The notes below the pieces were generated by a model, which searched no databases, was not told where the DNA came from, and saw only the letters and a program-made list of their open reading frames with translations. DNA of 51,401 bases from an uncultured Eubacteriales bacterium. Its GTDB lineage: Bacteria; Bacillota; Clostridia; Lachnospirales; Lachnospiraceae. Shown one piece after another: positions 7,589 to 17,972 of this stretch. The stretch's first letter is position 1. Every line of letters begins with the position of its first letter. The stretch covers positions 1 to 51,401 of the forward strand of contig ONLM01000205.1 in NCBI GenBank assembly GCA_900318695.1, in the 5' to 3' direction. Made by a program: the position numbers and the translations under genes.

Positions 7589-9976
7589 CTACGCAATCAG
7601 TCTCCGATAATAAGGATAATTTGCCGTAACTTCATTAACCGACACGGTATTTGCTGCGGAATTTTCATGAATCGCAATCATATTGCCGTTCCCTGCCCAC
7701 TGCAGGAACATTACCACATGGGAATCTGCTCCGATGCGGACGATTACATCCCCCGGTTTCAGATCTGCCCGCTTGATTTTTTCGCCTTCACCTATAAGGG
7801 ATGCGGTACTTCGCGCTTCATGAAGATTATTGCCTATGGCAGACCAATATACCCATTGTACCCATCCGGAACAATCCAGCCCTCTCAGTACACGGCCTTT
7901 GTAATCCGCACCTATGACCTTGCCAAAACCATTGCCTTCATAATTCTTTTTCGCCGCTTTTCCACCCCAATAATACGGGATTTTTCCAACCGACTGTAAG
8001 GCAAATTTTATTACCGCTTTTCGTTCTTCCGATACGTCTTCCGGAAGATCTGCCATGTATTTTGAAACTTCTTCCTCTGTAAGCGGCTTCTTAGGATTGA
8101 TTGTAGAGATGGTCAGGCCATAGGTTTTAAACCAATCCTGTGCTATCAGCTTTTCTACATTCTCAACCTGTTCCTCTGTCCATCCATCCCAGTCGGATGC
8201 CTTGTCCGAATTTTCTTCAAGATCCAACGGAATCGTGCGAAGACCATTCTTATCGTCAAAACCGGCCAGAGTAACCTTTACATAAAGATCCACATGTCCC
8301 GGACAATAATTTTTGTCGTTTACATCCTTGACATCATTTGCATTTAATTTATCTTTTTCAGCAGCAAGAGAGGATTCCAGCAATTTTCGCAGAGTTCCTT
8401 CATCCATTGCTCTAAGCTGTTCCTCTGTAAATGTCCCCAATGTGATCTTTCCGGCATCAGACGACTCCGTCGAATGCTCATTGGTTTTGACGGTTGCCGA
8501 TGTTTCTTCACTTACGGTATTTTCATTTGCCGCAGTCTTTTTGGAATGCTCATAGGATTGATTTATTTCCGCAATTCCGCGCCCGGCTTCAATATTGGCA
8601 TAACGTTTGCCGGATTCGGCTGACTCCGTATCACGTTCTGTAGCCTTTGTTTCTGCACCGTTCTTTGTTTCTGCCTCGGTTTTTGCTACTGTTTCGGCCT
8701 TTGTTTCCGCAGTCGTTTCTGTTCCCTTGGTTTCTTTCGGCTTCGAGTCCGCATCTCCCAAAACCAGAATATCATCCCGCTCCACAGCCATATCGGCATT
8801 TCCTAAAACAAGAATCTGCTCCAGACCATCCGCCGTCGTTTCATGTACAGAAGATGCGGCCGAAGTCGACGAAGTTTCCGCTACGGAAGCCGCCGAAGCA
8901 GTAGTCGTTTCCGCCACTTTCATTGCGGTTTCGCTTTTTTCTGCCGAAGTCTCACCACTATGCGTCACATCGATATGCTGTTGCGACTGTGTCTCTCCCG
9001 CAACGATTCCCTGTGTCTTATCGGTTGCCTGACGCAGACTCTGCTGTAAAGCAGCCATCGCATTTTCCAGTTTTTCCGCGTCTTCCTGTTCTTCCTTTGC
9101 CGAACGGTTTATGCAGCCATTATCATAATAGACCTTACCGATGCTGATCGTATATTTTCTGGATTTCTGATACAGCTCATCGCAATATTTTATAAAAGTA
9201 TCTACATCCCGATAATCATGGGCAAAACAATATACCGAAGCCATCGCCATGATATCTTTTACATTGGAATACTCATTGACCTGCTCGCCATCCGCATTGT
9301 AGAAAGAAACATTTACATGCTTAAAATCCGGGACAAACCAGGTGGCAGGGTTATTTTCATCCTGCCCGCTTGCTGTAGGGTTGTATTTGCCAAGCACTCT
9401 GCCTGTGCTGACGCCCAGCCGCTTCGCCAATGCCAATGGAGAGACCCCGGCCTGATCATAAATATTGGCAATATACTGGTTGTCTTCCGACATTAACTTT
9501 TTGTATTCTTCACCGGCATAAGAATGAATAACATCTGAAATATCGGCATCTTCCGCATAGAAATATGCCAAATTCAGCTTATCCGCTTCCGGCGTAAAAT
9601 TATCTTCATATTCTGAAATGTCAGCAAGTTTGGAATGAATCCCGCCATAGCGAAGACCATTCTCATGAATCGTTTCCGCCACCTCTGTCGTCGATTCTGT
9701 CATTGGCGCCAATGTTTCTGTTTCCGTCACAGCCTCCGTTGACTCAAGCGGCGCTTTTGCCGAATAAGGATACAGCAACGCTGCCACGCACAAACAGCAT
9801 ACAACAACCAACGCAATCAACGGCTTTCTCTTTTCCGAAAGCCTGCGTTTCCATTTTCGGTTTATTACATGTAAAAAGACAGAGCCTTCTCTGTCTTTTT
9901 GTTGATCACGCCGGCTTCTGCACTGCGCAATTTTCTTATCGAATATTTTTCTTAATTTTTCTATCTTTTCTTTCAT
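7589..9976 (-). CDS. Membrane-anchored NlpC/P60 (C40) cell-wall hydrolase with low-complexity linker
   Basis: C-terminal PYYWGGK...GLDCSGWVQWVY...HVVMF...IHEN; basic N-terminus then hydrophobic segment; Thr/Glu/Ala-rich middle. Confidence 0.85.
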   Translation of the reverse strand: MKEKIEKLRKIFDKKIAQCRSRRDQQKDREGSVFLHVINRKWKRRLSEKRKPLIALVVVCCLCVAALLYPYSAKAPLESTEAVTETETLAPMTESTTEVAETIHENGLRYGGIHSKLADISEYEDNFTPEADKLNLAYFYAEDADISDVIHSYAGEEYKKLMSEDNQYIANIYDQAGVSPLALAKRLGVSTGRVLGKYNPTASGQDENNPATWFVPDFKHVNVSFYNADGEQVNEYSNVKDIMAMASVYCFAHDYRDVDTFIKYCDELYQKSRKYTISIGKVYYDNGCINRSAKEEQEDAEKLENAMAALQQSLRQATDKTQGIVAGETQSQQHIDVTHSGETSAEKSETAMKVAETTTASAASVAETSSTSAASSVHETTADGLEQILVLGNADMAVERDDILVLGDADSKPKETKGTETTAETKAETVAKTEAETKNGAETKATERDTESAESGKRYANIEAGRGIAEINQSYEHSKKTAANENTVSEETSATVKTNEHSTESSDAGKITLGTFTEEQLRAMDEGTLRKLLESSLAAEKDKLNANDVKDVNDKNYCPGHVDLYVKVTLAGFDDKNGLRTIPLDLEENSDKASDWDGWTEEQVENVEKLIAQDWFKTYGLTISTINPKKPLTEEEVSKYMADLPEDVSEERKAVIKFALQSVGKIPYYWGGKAAKKNYEGNGFGKVIGADYKGRVLRGLDCSGWVQWVYWSAIGNNLHEARSTASLIGEGEKIKRADLKPGDVIVRIGADSHVVMFLQWAGNGNMIAIHENSAANTVSVNEVTANYPYYRRLIA

Positions 9977-10068
9977 GGGTATAACTATATCATACGAAAG
10001 AGCATCCGATTTTTAATTTTCAATAAACAAACGTATAAAATATCGAGCATCTTTTCCTCATCAAGCGC

Positions 10069-10986
10069 TCAATGTTTTCTCAAGCGGTCCATAAGCCGAA
10101 CCATGTACTCCGGATAGTCTGAACTGAATTCCACATATTGATTCGTTCCGGGATGCATAAAGCCCAGAACCTTCGCATGCAGGCATTGCCCCTCCAGCGT
10201 AAACGGGCACTTTCTAGGGCCATAGACATCATCTCCCAATACCGGATGGCCAATCGATGCCATATGTACACGAATCTGATGGGTCCGACCTGTCTCAAGA
10301 ACACACTCCACCAAAGTATATTCTCCAAACCGTTCCAACACGTGATAATGTGTCACCGCATGCCGTCCGTTTATTTCATCAATCGCCTGTTTCTTTCGAT
10401 CTTTTTTAGAGCGGCCCAAAGGCGCATCCACGGTACCATCCTCTTCTTTAATATTGCCGCAGACGATAGCCACATATTTCCGGGTAATCGAATGCTCTTT
10501 TAACTGAGCGGCAAGCGACTTATGTGTACGATCATTTTTGCAGATTACCAGAAGACCCGTTGTGTTTTTATCGATTCGATGAACTATTCCCGGCCGCATT
10601 ACTCCGTTGATGGAGCTCAGTTCTGTTCCGCAATGATGCATGACCGCATTTACCAGCGTTCCCTGAAAATGACCTGCCGCCGGATGGACAACCATTCCCT
10701 TTGGTTTATTGACAATCAATAGATCCGCATCTTCATAGACAATATCCAATGGAATATCCTCCGGCTCCACATCAAGCGCTACCGGTTCCGGCATATCAAT
10801 CATAATCTCATCAAGATTTTTTACTTTATAACTGGATTTGAGGTTTTTACCGTCCAGCGTAATTTTACCGTCTTTTATCAGCTTGGCCGCATAACTGCGG
10901 GAAATTTCCAGATCCTTTTGCTCTGCAAGAAACTGATCGATTCTTTGCCCCTGCTCTGATTCTGATACAATTCTCTTTACTGCCAC
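10069..10986 (-). CDS. rluD: RluA/RluD family pseudouridine synthase
   Basis: S4 domain, VNKPKGMVVHP, HRIDKNTTG, GRTHQIRVH; GTG start. Confidence 0.92.
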   Translation of the reverse strand: MAVKRIVSESEQGQRIDQFLAEQKDLEISRSYAAKLIKDGKITLDGKNLKSSYKVKNLDEIMIDMPEPVALDVEPEDIPLDIVYEDADLLIVNKPKGMVVHPAAGHFQGTLVNAVMHHCGTELSSINGVMRPGIVHRIDKNTTGLLVICKNDRTHKSLAAQLKEHSITRKYVAIVCGNIKEEDGTVDAPLGRSKKDRKKQAIDEINGRHAVTHYHVLERFGEYTLVECVLETGRTHQIRVHMASIGHPVLGDDVYGPRKCPFTLEGQCLHAKVLGFMHPGTNQYVEFSSDYPEYMVRLMDRLRKH

Positions 10987-10989
10987 AAT

Positions 10990-11520
10990 TTATCCTTCTT
11001 CTTGCATTGTCTTTTTCTGCTTTCCATTCTTTATAAACGAAAAATCATCATCTTTGTAATAAAACAGAAACAATACAATCATCAATGCGCATCCACAAGT
11101 TACATATATATCTGCTACGTTAAATACCGGAAAGTCGATCGGGCTGAAATAAATAAAGTCAACCACGTACTGCTGCTTAAGCCGGTCAATAAAATTACCG
11201 ATTGCACCGGCAAAAATCAAAACCGAAACGAGATACAACGGGCGATATTTTTTATCCTCCGGAATGCGATTCACAATATAAAGTATGCCACCCATTACTA
11301 CAACCGTAATAAGGTAAAACATATATTGAGCCCCTTGAAATACGCCGAATGCCGCACCACGGTTTTCAATATAGAGGAGATACAGAACCTGTTTCAAAAC
11401 AACAATCTTTGTACCATCCGAAAGATGCTGAACAGCTAACTGTTTCGTTACATAATCAGGAATGATAAGCAAAAAAGAAATAAGAAGAAACAGAATTTGC
11501 CGTTTTGCATGAAATTTCAT
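10990..11520 (-). CDS. lspA: Lipoprotein signal peptidase II
   Basis: NRGAAFG, GAIGNFIDR, VVDF, FNVAD; start at 11520 chosen from the GGAG RBS. Confidence 0.95.
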   Translation of the reverse strand: MKFHAKRQILFLLISFLLIIPDYVTKQLAVQHLSDGTKIVVLKQVLYLLYIENRGAAFGVFQGAQYMFYLITVVVMGGILYIVNRIPEDKKYRPLYLVSVLIFAGAIGNFIDRLKQQYVVDFIYFSPIDFPVFNVADIYVTCGCALMIVLFLFYYKDDDFSFIKNGKQKKTMQEEG

Positions 11521-11524
11521 AAAT

Positions 11525-12622
11525 TTAATTCTCCATAATATCATTTAGTACTTTGATCATTTCATCATCACTGACAGTATGATCAATATAAGCCTGCCCC
11601 AGACGATGCAGCAGAATAAAACGAATCTGTCCCCGATCCATTTTCTTATCCTTTTTTGTCGCTGAAAGCACTTCTCTCTGTGCCAACCGCTTTACTCTGG
11701 TATCCAGCTTCACAGCATCCATCAAGCAAAGGATCCGATCCAACTGCTCTTTAGAAACCGTCTCCGGATCACGAAGATTCGAAAGCGCAATGGCAGCAAT
11801 ACAACCAAATGCGACACACTGACCATGACTATAGTAAAAATTCGAACATTTTTCAATCGCATGTCCTAAGGTATGCCCAAAATTCAGCAGCTGCCGTTCT
11901 CCCTTTTCTGTCGGATCCATTTCAACAACCGCCCGCTTAATCAGATTACTCTCATAAACAGTTTTCATCAACACCGGAAGATCTCGGTTCTTCAGCTTCT
12001 CGGTATTTTCGCACAAAAAATCGAAATAGGACGCATTCCGGATCAAAGCATGCTTTATTACTTCACCCATTCCGGATGCATATTGCCGCTCATCCAGTGT
12101 TTTTAAAGTTTCTACATTACTGTATACAAGTGCCGGCATATGAAAAGCACCTACCATATTTTTATAGGCCCGGAAATCCACGCCGGTTTTTCCCCCAATG
12201 GAAGAATCTACCTGTGCAAGCAAAGTTGTCGGAATCTGTAAAAAAGAAATTCCCCGCATATATGTAGCAGCAGCAAATCCTGTCATGTCTCCTGTAACGC
12301 CGCCACCTAAAGCAACAAAATAGTCCTTGCGGTCAAATTCATTTTGAACCGCTTTTTCATAAATCTTCGCAATCGAATCCAGATTCTTATGTTCTTCACC
12401 GGACGTCAAAACCAGAGAATCCACAAAGGAAAATGCTTCCGAAAGGATTTCCTTAACCTCTGAAAGATATAACGGGGCCACATGTTCATCCGTCACAATC
12501 AGCGCCCGCCGATCTTTGGTATCCAATGTCCGGACAGCCTCGAGAAGCTTTCCAAATCCCGCTTCAATATATATAGAATACGAAAACTTTCCTTCATTTT
12601 TCACATCCAGTTTTGTAGCCAT
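11525..12622 (-). CDS. aroB: 3-dehydroquinate synthase
   Basis: GGGVTGD, PTTLLAQVDSSIGGKTG, LNFGHTLGHAIE. Confidence 0.97.
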   Translation of the reverse strand: MATKLDVKNEGKFSYSIYIEAGFGKLLEAVRTLDTKDRRALIVTDEHVAPLYLSEVKEILSEAFSFVDSLVLTSGEEHKNLDSIAKIYEKAVQNEFDRKDYFVALGGGVTGDMTGFAAATYMRGISFLQIPTTLLAQVDSSIGGKTGVDFRAYKNMVGAFHMPALVYSNVETLKTLDERQYASGMGEVIKHALIRNASYFDFLCENTEKLKNRDLPVLMKTVYESNLIKRAVVEMDPTEKGERQLLNFGHTLGHAIEKCSNFYYSHGQCVAFGCIAAIALSNLRDPETVSKEQLDRILCLMDAVKLDTRVKRLAQREVLSATKKDKKMDRGQIRFILLHRLGQAYIDHTVSDDEMIKVLNDIMEN

Positions 12623-12683
12623 GATTCCGCCTCCTGTCCTTCATTTGCATACAATCATGCCAATCATACCATATTCTATGTAT

Positions 12684-12767
12684 AAAAAGAAGCAACCAGA
12701 AGTGGTTCCTCCGATTGCTTAATTTCATATAGCAAAAAAAGCATATCCCATAATACCGGATATGCTT
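12684..12767 (-). terminator. Two tandem terminator-like hairpins downstream of sepF
   Basis: AAGCATATCC/GGATATGCTT (12739-12767) with an A-tract; second imperfect stem AAGCAA...TTGCTT (12690-12720). Confidence 0.65.
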
Positions 12768-12781
12768 CCTTTCATTTTAAA

Positions 12782-13315
12782 TTACATTCTTAAATTTATC
12801 GCATTAGAACCAACGTCTGAAGAAGTTCCTGCAAGAATATTCTGGAAATCGCCGGAAAGTTCTACATTTTCTGGTGTCGCAATGAAGATATAGGTCGAAA
12901 TCTTCTGAAGATTTCCATCCATAGAATATGCTGCACCGGAAGTAAAGTCGATGATTCTTTGGGCAACCTCCATATGAAGACCTTCCATATTAAGAACAAC
13001 TGCTTTACCTTCAAGAAGGTAATTGCAGATATCTCTGGAATCATCCATTGATGTCGGCTTAATCATGGTAACTTCCATACCTCTTCTTGGTGCCGGCTGT
13101 GATGAAGCCTTCTTATGGCCGAACGGAACAATGGACTTTACATTTGGTTCATCATCATAGTCACTGTCCGCTTTACTGCTCTTTCTATTGAATAAGCCGC
13201 CCTTCTGTGGCTCGTCATCATAATCATCATCGAAGCCATAGTCGTCGTCGAGATCATAATCATCATCCTGATTATTATATCTCATACTCTTCATAATATT
13301 TGTAATAAAACTCAT
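12782..13315 (-). CDS. sepF: Cell division protein SepF
   Basis: AVVLNME...AQRIIDFTSGAAY...IFIATP; N-terminal amphipathic helix and acidic linker. Confidence 0.95.
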   Translation of the reverse strand: MSFITNIMKSMRYNNQDDDYDLDDDYGFDDDYDDEPQKGGLFNRKSSKADSDYDDEPNVKSIVPFGHKKASSQPAPRRGMEVTMIKPTSMDDSRDICNYLLEGKAVVLNMEGLHMEVAQRIIDFTSGAAYSMDGNLQKISTYIFIATPENVELSGDFQNILAGTSSDVGSNAINLRM

Positions 13316-13366
13316 TTCCTACTCCCCCGTCCCGAAGGTCGGCCTTTTATCTTATCTACTATGTTC

Positions 13367-13394
13367 ATTTTAAACAATTTTGGGGTCTTGTCAA
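13367..13394 (-). promoter_or_regulatory. sepF promoter
   Basis: TTGACA-16-TAAAAT. Confidence 0.6.
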
Positions 13395-13478
13395 TCTTAC
13401 GTCTCCGCATTTTATTAAGAGCCTTCCACGAAAGCACGATTGTTCGTAAATCGTAAGATTTCAGTTATAGTTTCGTTA

Positions 13479-14897
13479 TCACTGATAAATCAATTGACCC
13501 TCTTTCACTAGGGACGCGTCCAAAACAATATGGTCATATACGGAAATACCATAATCCGTATTTTCTGCCACAACAATGTATTCGTTGTTCTTTTCCATTG
13601 GAACAATCTGGCGGAAAATGCAATACCCCTTATTGATATTATAAACGCCTTCAATGGATTTAACCGGACCGACAGCATATGTCTGATCCGTTGTCCCCTT
13701 GCGGACAATCACGTCCCCTGCATGCAACGACGTTGTGTCTTTGCTGTCCGGTACATCAATATAACAATACTGATCATCTATTCTGTAGATCTCTTCCGGA
13801 ACGAATTCGGCGCTCTCCAATGTAGAACCATCCGCTTTTCTGGTCCGGTAAAACCCGGAATTTCCCTCTTCATTCTGTGCCATAAAGTCCTTTGGAACAA
13901 TCATAAAGTCTTTCTTTGTCACAGAAGTAGCCGGTATCTTCAATCCCTTCTGATCACTTGTCACAATCTCGAACTGGATATAACGGTTGGCACAAAACTC
14001 CTCCATAAGCTGATTTAATGTAATTTTTCCATAGTTTTTTCCATCATCCGCTGTATAGATATCCAAAGAAGCATTTACCGTCAAATCCTTGTCTGTAAAA
14101 TGGACTTTTATCTTCTTTGTATCCTGATATTTTTGTCTGGTTTCTTCGTCACACGGAAAAACAATGCTCCAGTTTGCGGAAGTTATCAGCTTATAAACCG
14201 GTGTGCCCGCCTCTACCAATGCGCCGGGTTTCGTAATATTCTGCTTATACCCGCTCATGGCAAACGTGTCCTTTGTTACGGCTTTATCCGTAAGTCCTTC
14301 CAGACCGTCAACAACATAAGATACCACGCCGCCTTCATCCGATGAAACGCGCGCATAATTAATCCCCAGCTGCTGCAGAATTTTATCCAGATCCTGTGCG
14401 CCGGAAATGCTGGAATACTCCAATGCAGAAGCATCCAAAGAATATTTCGTATTGTAAAGCTCGGAGAAATTATCGTTTTTAAAAGTCTGCGAAAACTGCG
14501 ACAATCGATATCGAATATCGGCAAGCTGTTCACCCGTAAGTTCTGTCGTAAGTTCCGGATGGTCCTTCAAATATGATTCCAGCGCTCCTGTTTCATCTAC
14601 GGTATATACATTTGCACCGGCAGGAACACGATGTCCTTCCTGAATATAATAATGAATATATCCGGAGCTGGAGGCATTTACAGCCTTTTCTTCACGAATC
14701 GCCACTCCGGTATACTGCTCCTGACGGACGATGCCGCCCTCCAGAACTTCGTAATATCGAATCTGCGATCTTGTCGCATAGGAATATACACTAAAAACAA
14801 TGTAGAGAAAGATAATCATAAAGATTATCATCCCTACATTGAATTTTGGTCTTCTATATTTAATTGTCTGAGATGAATTGTCTTGTATTCTGGACAT
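13479..14897 (-). CDS. HlyD-like membrane-fusion family protein (clostridial gene usually upstream of sepF)
   Basis: N-terminal TM; split lipoyl-like motifs (SSGYIHYYIQEGHRV, GVVSYVVDGLE); GLKIP; synteny. Confidence 0.75.
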   Translation of the reverse strand: MSRIQDNSSQTIKYRRPKFNVGMIIFMIIFLYIVFSVYSYATRSQIRYYEVLEGGIVRQEQYTGVAIREEKAVNASSSGYIHYYIQEGHRVPAGANVYTVDETGALESYLKDHPELTTELTGEQLADIRYRLSQFSQTFKNDNFSELYNTKYSLDASALEYSSISGAQDLDKILQQLGINYARVSSDEGGVVSYVVDGLEGLTDKAVTKDTFAMSGYKQNITKPGALVEAGTPVYKLITSANWSIVFPCDEETRQKYQDTKKIKVHFTDKDLTVNASLDIYTADDGKNYGKITLNQLMEEFCANRYIQFEIVTSDQKGLKIPATSVTKKDFMIVPKDFMAQNEEGNSGFYRTRKADGSTLESAEFVPEEIYRIDDQYCYIDVPDSKDTTSLHAGDVIVRKGTTDQTYAVGPVKSIEGVYNINKGYCIFRQIVPMEKNNEYIVVAENTDYGISVYDHIVLDASLVKEGQLIYQ

Positions 14898-14908
14898 ACT
14901 ACCTGCAA

Positions 14909-15328
14909 TTAAAGAGCAATTGCGACATCCTTCTTTGTACTCTCAGGAAGATCATCCGAATCCATGGATACACTCAATACAAAAGTGATCTTGTATTTAT
15001 CGCCAAGCTCTTCGAGTCTTCTGATACAGTTGGAAATGTCTTTTCCCTCAAGGCCCGAAAGCTTAAGGAAACTATCAAGGAACATATACTCAAGATCGTG
15101 ATCCTGAGAAATAATACCACTAATAAAACCGATGAAAGCATCTTCGGTCTCAACCGGGAATTCGTTAACGTTGATGAGACGGATTTTGTTATTAAGCTCA
15201 TACATGTGCTGCGCTGACTTATCGAGGAAATCCACGCTTCCGTTTGCTTCCTTAACAACGGTATTCGCCTTGTCAAGAAGCTGCTTTGTTTTACCTTTGC
15301 CACGCTTGCCTACAATTAACTGTACCAT
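14909..15328 (-). CDS. Small conserved P-loop-like protein (often annotated twitching motility protein PilT in clostridia)
   Basis: MVQLIVGKRGKGKTK ... FISGIISQDHD. Confidence 0.7.
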   Translation of the reverse strand: MVQLIVGKRGKGKTKQLLDKANTVVKEANGSVDFLDKSAQHMYELNNKIRLINVNEFPVETEDAFIGFISGIISQDHDLEYMFLDSFLKLSGLEGKDISNCIRRLEELGDKYKITFVLSVSMDSDDLPESTKKDVAIAL

Positions 15329-15382
15329 AGTTAGTACCTCCTAGCTTTTGTACCTTCAGTATAGTACATTACCGCCCAAAAA

Positions 15383-16408
15383 TCAATGAATCTTGAGGAG
15401 CATATTCGTCATATTTACATATAAATCGTCTTTGCTCGCACCTTTCATGATCACTGATATGTACTGTTTTTTGGTATCGATCTTTTCCGATGCAATCGTC
15501 AGACAATACCCCGCAGCCTTTGTTGTACCTGTTTTACCACCCAGGACACGGATTCCACCCGGCGCCTGTGCTTCACCGGTAATATAATGATCCGAACTTT
15601 TCCACACCTGCGTTTTTGCGATTCCATTGGCATCCTTATACTGCGGACTGTACGTCGAAGCAGAAATGATTTTCCGGAATTCATCGTACTTTAATGCCTC
15701 ATTCATCACAAGGTAAATATCGTACGGTGTCATATAATGTTGTTCATCCGGAAGGCCATTCGCATTCACAAAATGTGATCCGGTCGCTCCGATCTCCATT
15801 GCCGTTTCATTCATCAGCTTAACAAAGGAATCGACCGAACCCGCTGTGGCTTCCGCCACCGCTACGGCAGCATCATTTCCGGACGGCATCAACATGCCAT
15901 ACAAAAGATCTTCCACCGTCAAAGTCTCTCCCGGATGAATAAATGCCGACGAAGAGCCGCTGACCTTGATATTGGAGCTGTCCGTAACCGTAAACTCCTG
16001 CTGCAAATCCTTTACATTGCGGAGACACACTAAAGCCGTCATTACCTTAGTGATACTTGCCGGGTATGTTTTTACATACGGATTTTTAAAAGCAAGCGGT
16101 TCTGAGCTGTCATCCCCGACTGCAATCAAAAGTCCTGCCTCTGCCGTGATATCATCCGTATTAAAGTTTGTACTTCCCGGAATAGCCAGTCCTTCCGAAA
16201 AGCCCTTCGCCCGCGCATCTCCACCGGTTAATGTCGTATTGACCGAATTCATCCGCAGTATAGATGCATCTACATCAAACGGTCGTTCATAAGCCTTTCC
16301 ACAACCGGATAAAGCGACTGCCAATAAAAGAACCGGAAGGAAATACCGCTGGCGTTTCCTCCCGGATATAGCTGCAAGAATGAACTTTATCTTATCATAA
16401 ATCATCAT
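15383..16408 (-). CDS. D-alanyl-D-alanine carboxypeptidase (peptidase S11), probable lipoprotein
   Basis: SxxK (SITK), SGN and KTG motifs; lipobox LSGC; start uncertain (16408 vs 16450). Confidence 0.9.
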   Translation of the reverse strand: MMIYDKIKFILAAISGRKRQRYFLPVLLLAVALSGCGKAYERPFDVDASILRMNSVNTTLTGGDARAKGFSEGLAIPGSTNFNTDDITAEAGLLIAVGDDSSEPLAFKNPYVKTYPASITKVMTALVCLRNVKDLQQEFTVTDSSNIKVSGSSSAFIHPGETLTVEDLLYGMLMPSGNDAAVAVAEATAGSVDSFVKLMNETAMEIGATGSHFVNANGLPDEQHYMTPYDIYLVMNEALKYDEFRKIISASTYSPQYKDANGIAKTQVWKSSDHYITGEAQAPGGIRVLGGKTGTTKAAGYCLTIASEKIDTKKQYISVIMKGASKDDLYVNMTNMLLKIH

Positions 16409-16434
16409 TCGTACGATTTCTTTCCTGCGAATTG

Positions 16435-16824
16435 TTAAATGTTTCTCCACTCAAGGTCTCCACGCTCCAGAGCCTTGATCAGCAACTCTCCTGTAGCAAG
16501 GTTGGTTGCAATAGGAATATTGTAAATATCGCAAAGCTTTACAATAGAGTTCACTTCCGGTTCCTGTGCTTTCACATGCAGCGGATCTCTCAGGAAAATA
16601 ACCATATCCAGATTGCCCTGTTCAATTTGAGATGCCAACTGACGAGAACCTCCGGTTTCACCTGGAAGAAATTTATGAATACGGAGATTTGTCACCTCCT
16701 CAACTAATGTACCTGTTGTACCAGTGGCATATAAATCATGTTTGCTAAGGATTCCTCTGTATGCAATACAAAAATTCTGCATGAGCTTCTTTTTGGAATC
16801 ATGCGCGATTAATCCTACATTCAT
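16435..16824 (-). CDS. mgsA: Methylglyoxal synthase-like protein with divergent active site
   Basis: LIAHD, YATGTTG, IFLRDP, NIPIATN; GGAGG upstream of 16824. Confidence 0.85.
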   Translation of the reverse strand: MNVGLIAHDSKKKLMQNFCIAYRGILSKHDLYATGTTGTLVEEVTNLRIHKFLPGETGGSRQLASQIEQGNLDMVIFLRDPLHVKAQEPEVNSIVKLCDIYNIPIATNLATGELLIKALERGDLEWRNI

Positions 16825-16838
16825 TCTAAAAACCTCCA

Positions 16839-17972
16839 TCAAGCCTTTCGCTGCAAAGCAACGTTTAGGACAATTCCCATACCTATATATACAGAAATCA
16901 ACGAGCTTACACCTCGCGAAAAAAACGGCAATGTAATACCTGTGTTAGGAAATATTCCTGTCGCAACCGCAATATTGGTATAGGTCTGAAAACCGATCCA
17001 AGCCATCATTCCGACACAGATCAAGCGCCCACTTATGTCCCGAGCTTTCCATGCTATTATAAGGCATTCAATTATAATCAACAAGAAAATTATAATAATT
17101 ATTAATGATCCACGGAATCCGAGTTCCTCTCCGATTACCGCAAAAATAAAATCGTTGTCTTTTTCTGCCAGGAAATTTGCATTCTTAACTGAAAAAATAG
17201 AATTGTTGTTCAGACCTTTTCCCTTCAGCATTCCGGATCCTATGGCCATAATACTGTACATCTGCTGATAGAATGTCTGCGTATTCTCCGCCGGATTGAT
17301 AAACGTCAAAATTCGTTCTGCCTGATATCCCTGAAGAAAAGGGATTTTATCATATAATCCGGAGCGGAACAAATATACCACGGCAATCATCGCCGGAAGC
17401 AATGCCAAAAGCACTCCGACAATCCACTTCATACTGATCGGGGAAGCAAATACGATTGCCGCAACGATAACCATAAGAATAATGGTCGTTGACAGGTTTG
17501 GCTGAAGCAATACCAGAACCGCCGGTATTGCAAAATACACCGCTGCAAGACCGATTACATGCGGCAGATTAATATCATCTTTTACTTTTTGGAAATAATT
17601 TGCATAAAAAATGATCAAACCGATTTTTACAAATTCGGCAGGCTGCACCTGTCCCAGAATCGGTAGCTGGATCCATCGCACTGCTCCGTGTCCGGAAGCT
17701 GTACCATACACAAGAACCCCCAGCAGAACCATGACAGAGATCAGATAGATCAATCCGCTTTGCTGGAGCACCCAACGATAATTCACCAGTGACAGTGCGA
17801 TGCAGATGGCAAGCCCCGCAAGAGAGCCCATAATCTGACGCACAACCTGCGGATCCTGATACGTGGCAGCCCCCGTTGCCGAACGCATTATGGCAATTCC
17901 GAATGCATTCAGAATCACCATAAATACAACCAGCTTTAAATCATAATTTTTTAAATTATAATCAAATTTCAT
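16839..17972 (-). CDS. rodA: SEDS peptidoglycan polymerase RodA
   Basis: GAVRWI, QPAEFVK, NDFIFAVIGEELG, PNTGITLPF; follows mrdA. Confidence 0.92.
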   Translation of the reverse strand: MKFDYNLKNYDLKLVVFMVILNAFGIAIMRSATGAATYQDPQVVRQIMGSLAGLAICIALSLVNYRWVLQQSGLIYLISVMVLLGVLVYGTASGHGAVRWIQLPILGQVQPAEFVKIGLIIFYANYFQKVKDDINLPHVIGLAAVYFAIPAVLVLLQPNLSTTIILMVIVAAIVFASPISMKWIVGVLLALLPAMIAVVYLFRSGLYDKIPFLQGYQAERILTFINPAENTQTFYQQMYSIMAIGSGMLKGKGLNNNSIFSVKNANFLAEKDNDFIFAVIGEELGFRGSLIIIIIFLLIIIECLIIAWKARDISGRLICVGMMAWIGFQTYTNIAVATGIFPNTGITLPFFSRGVSSLISVYIGMGIVLNVALQRKA

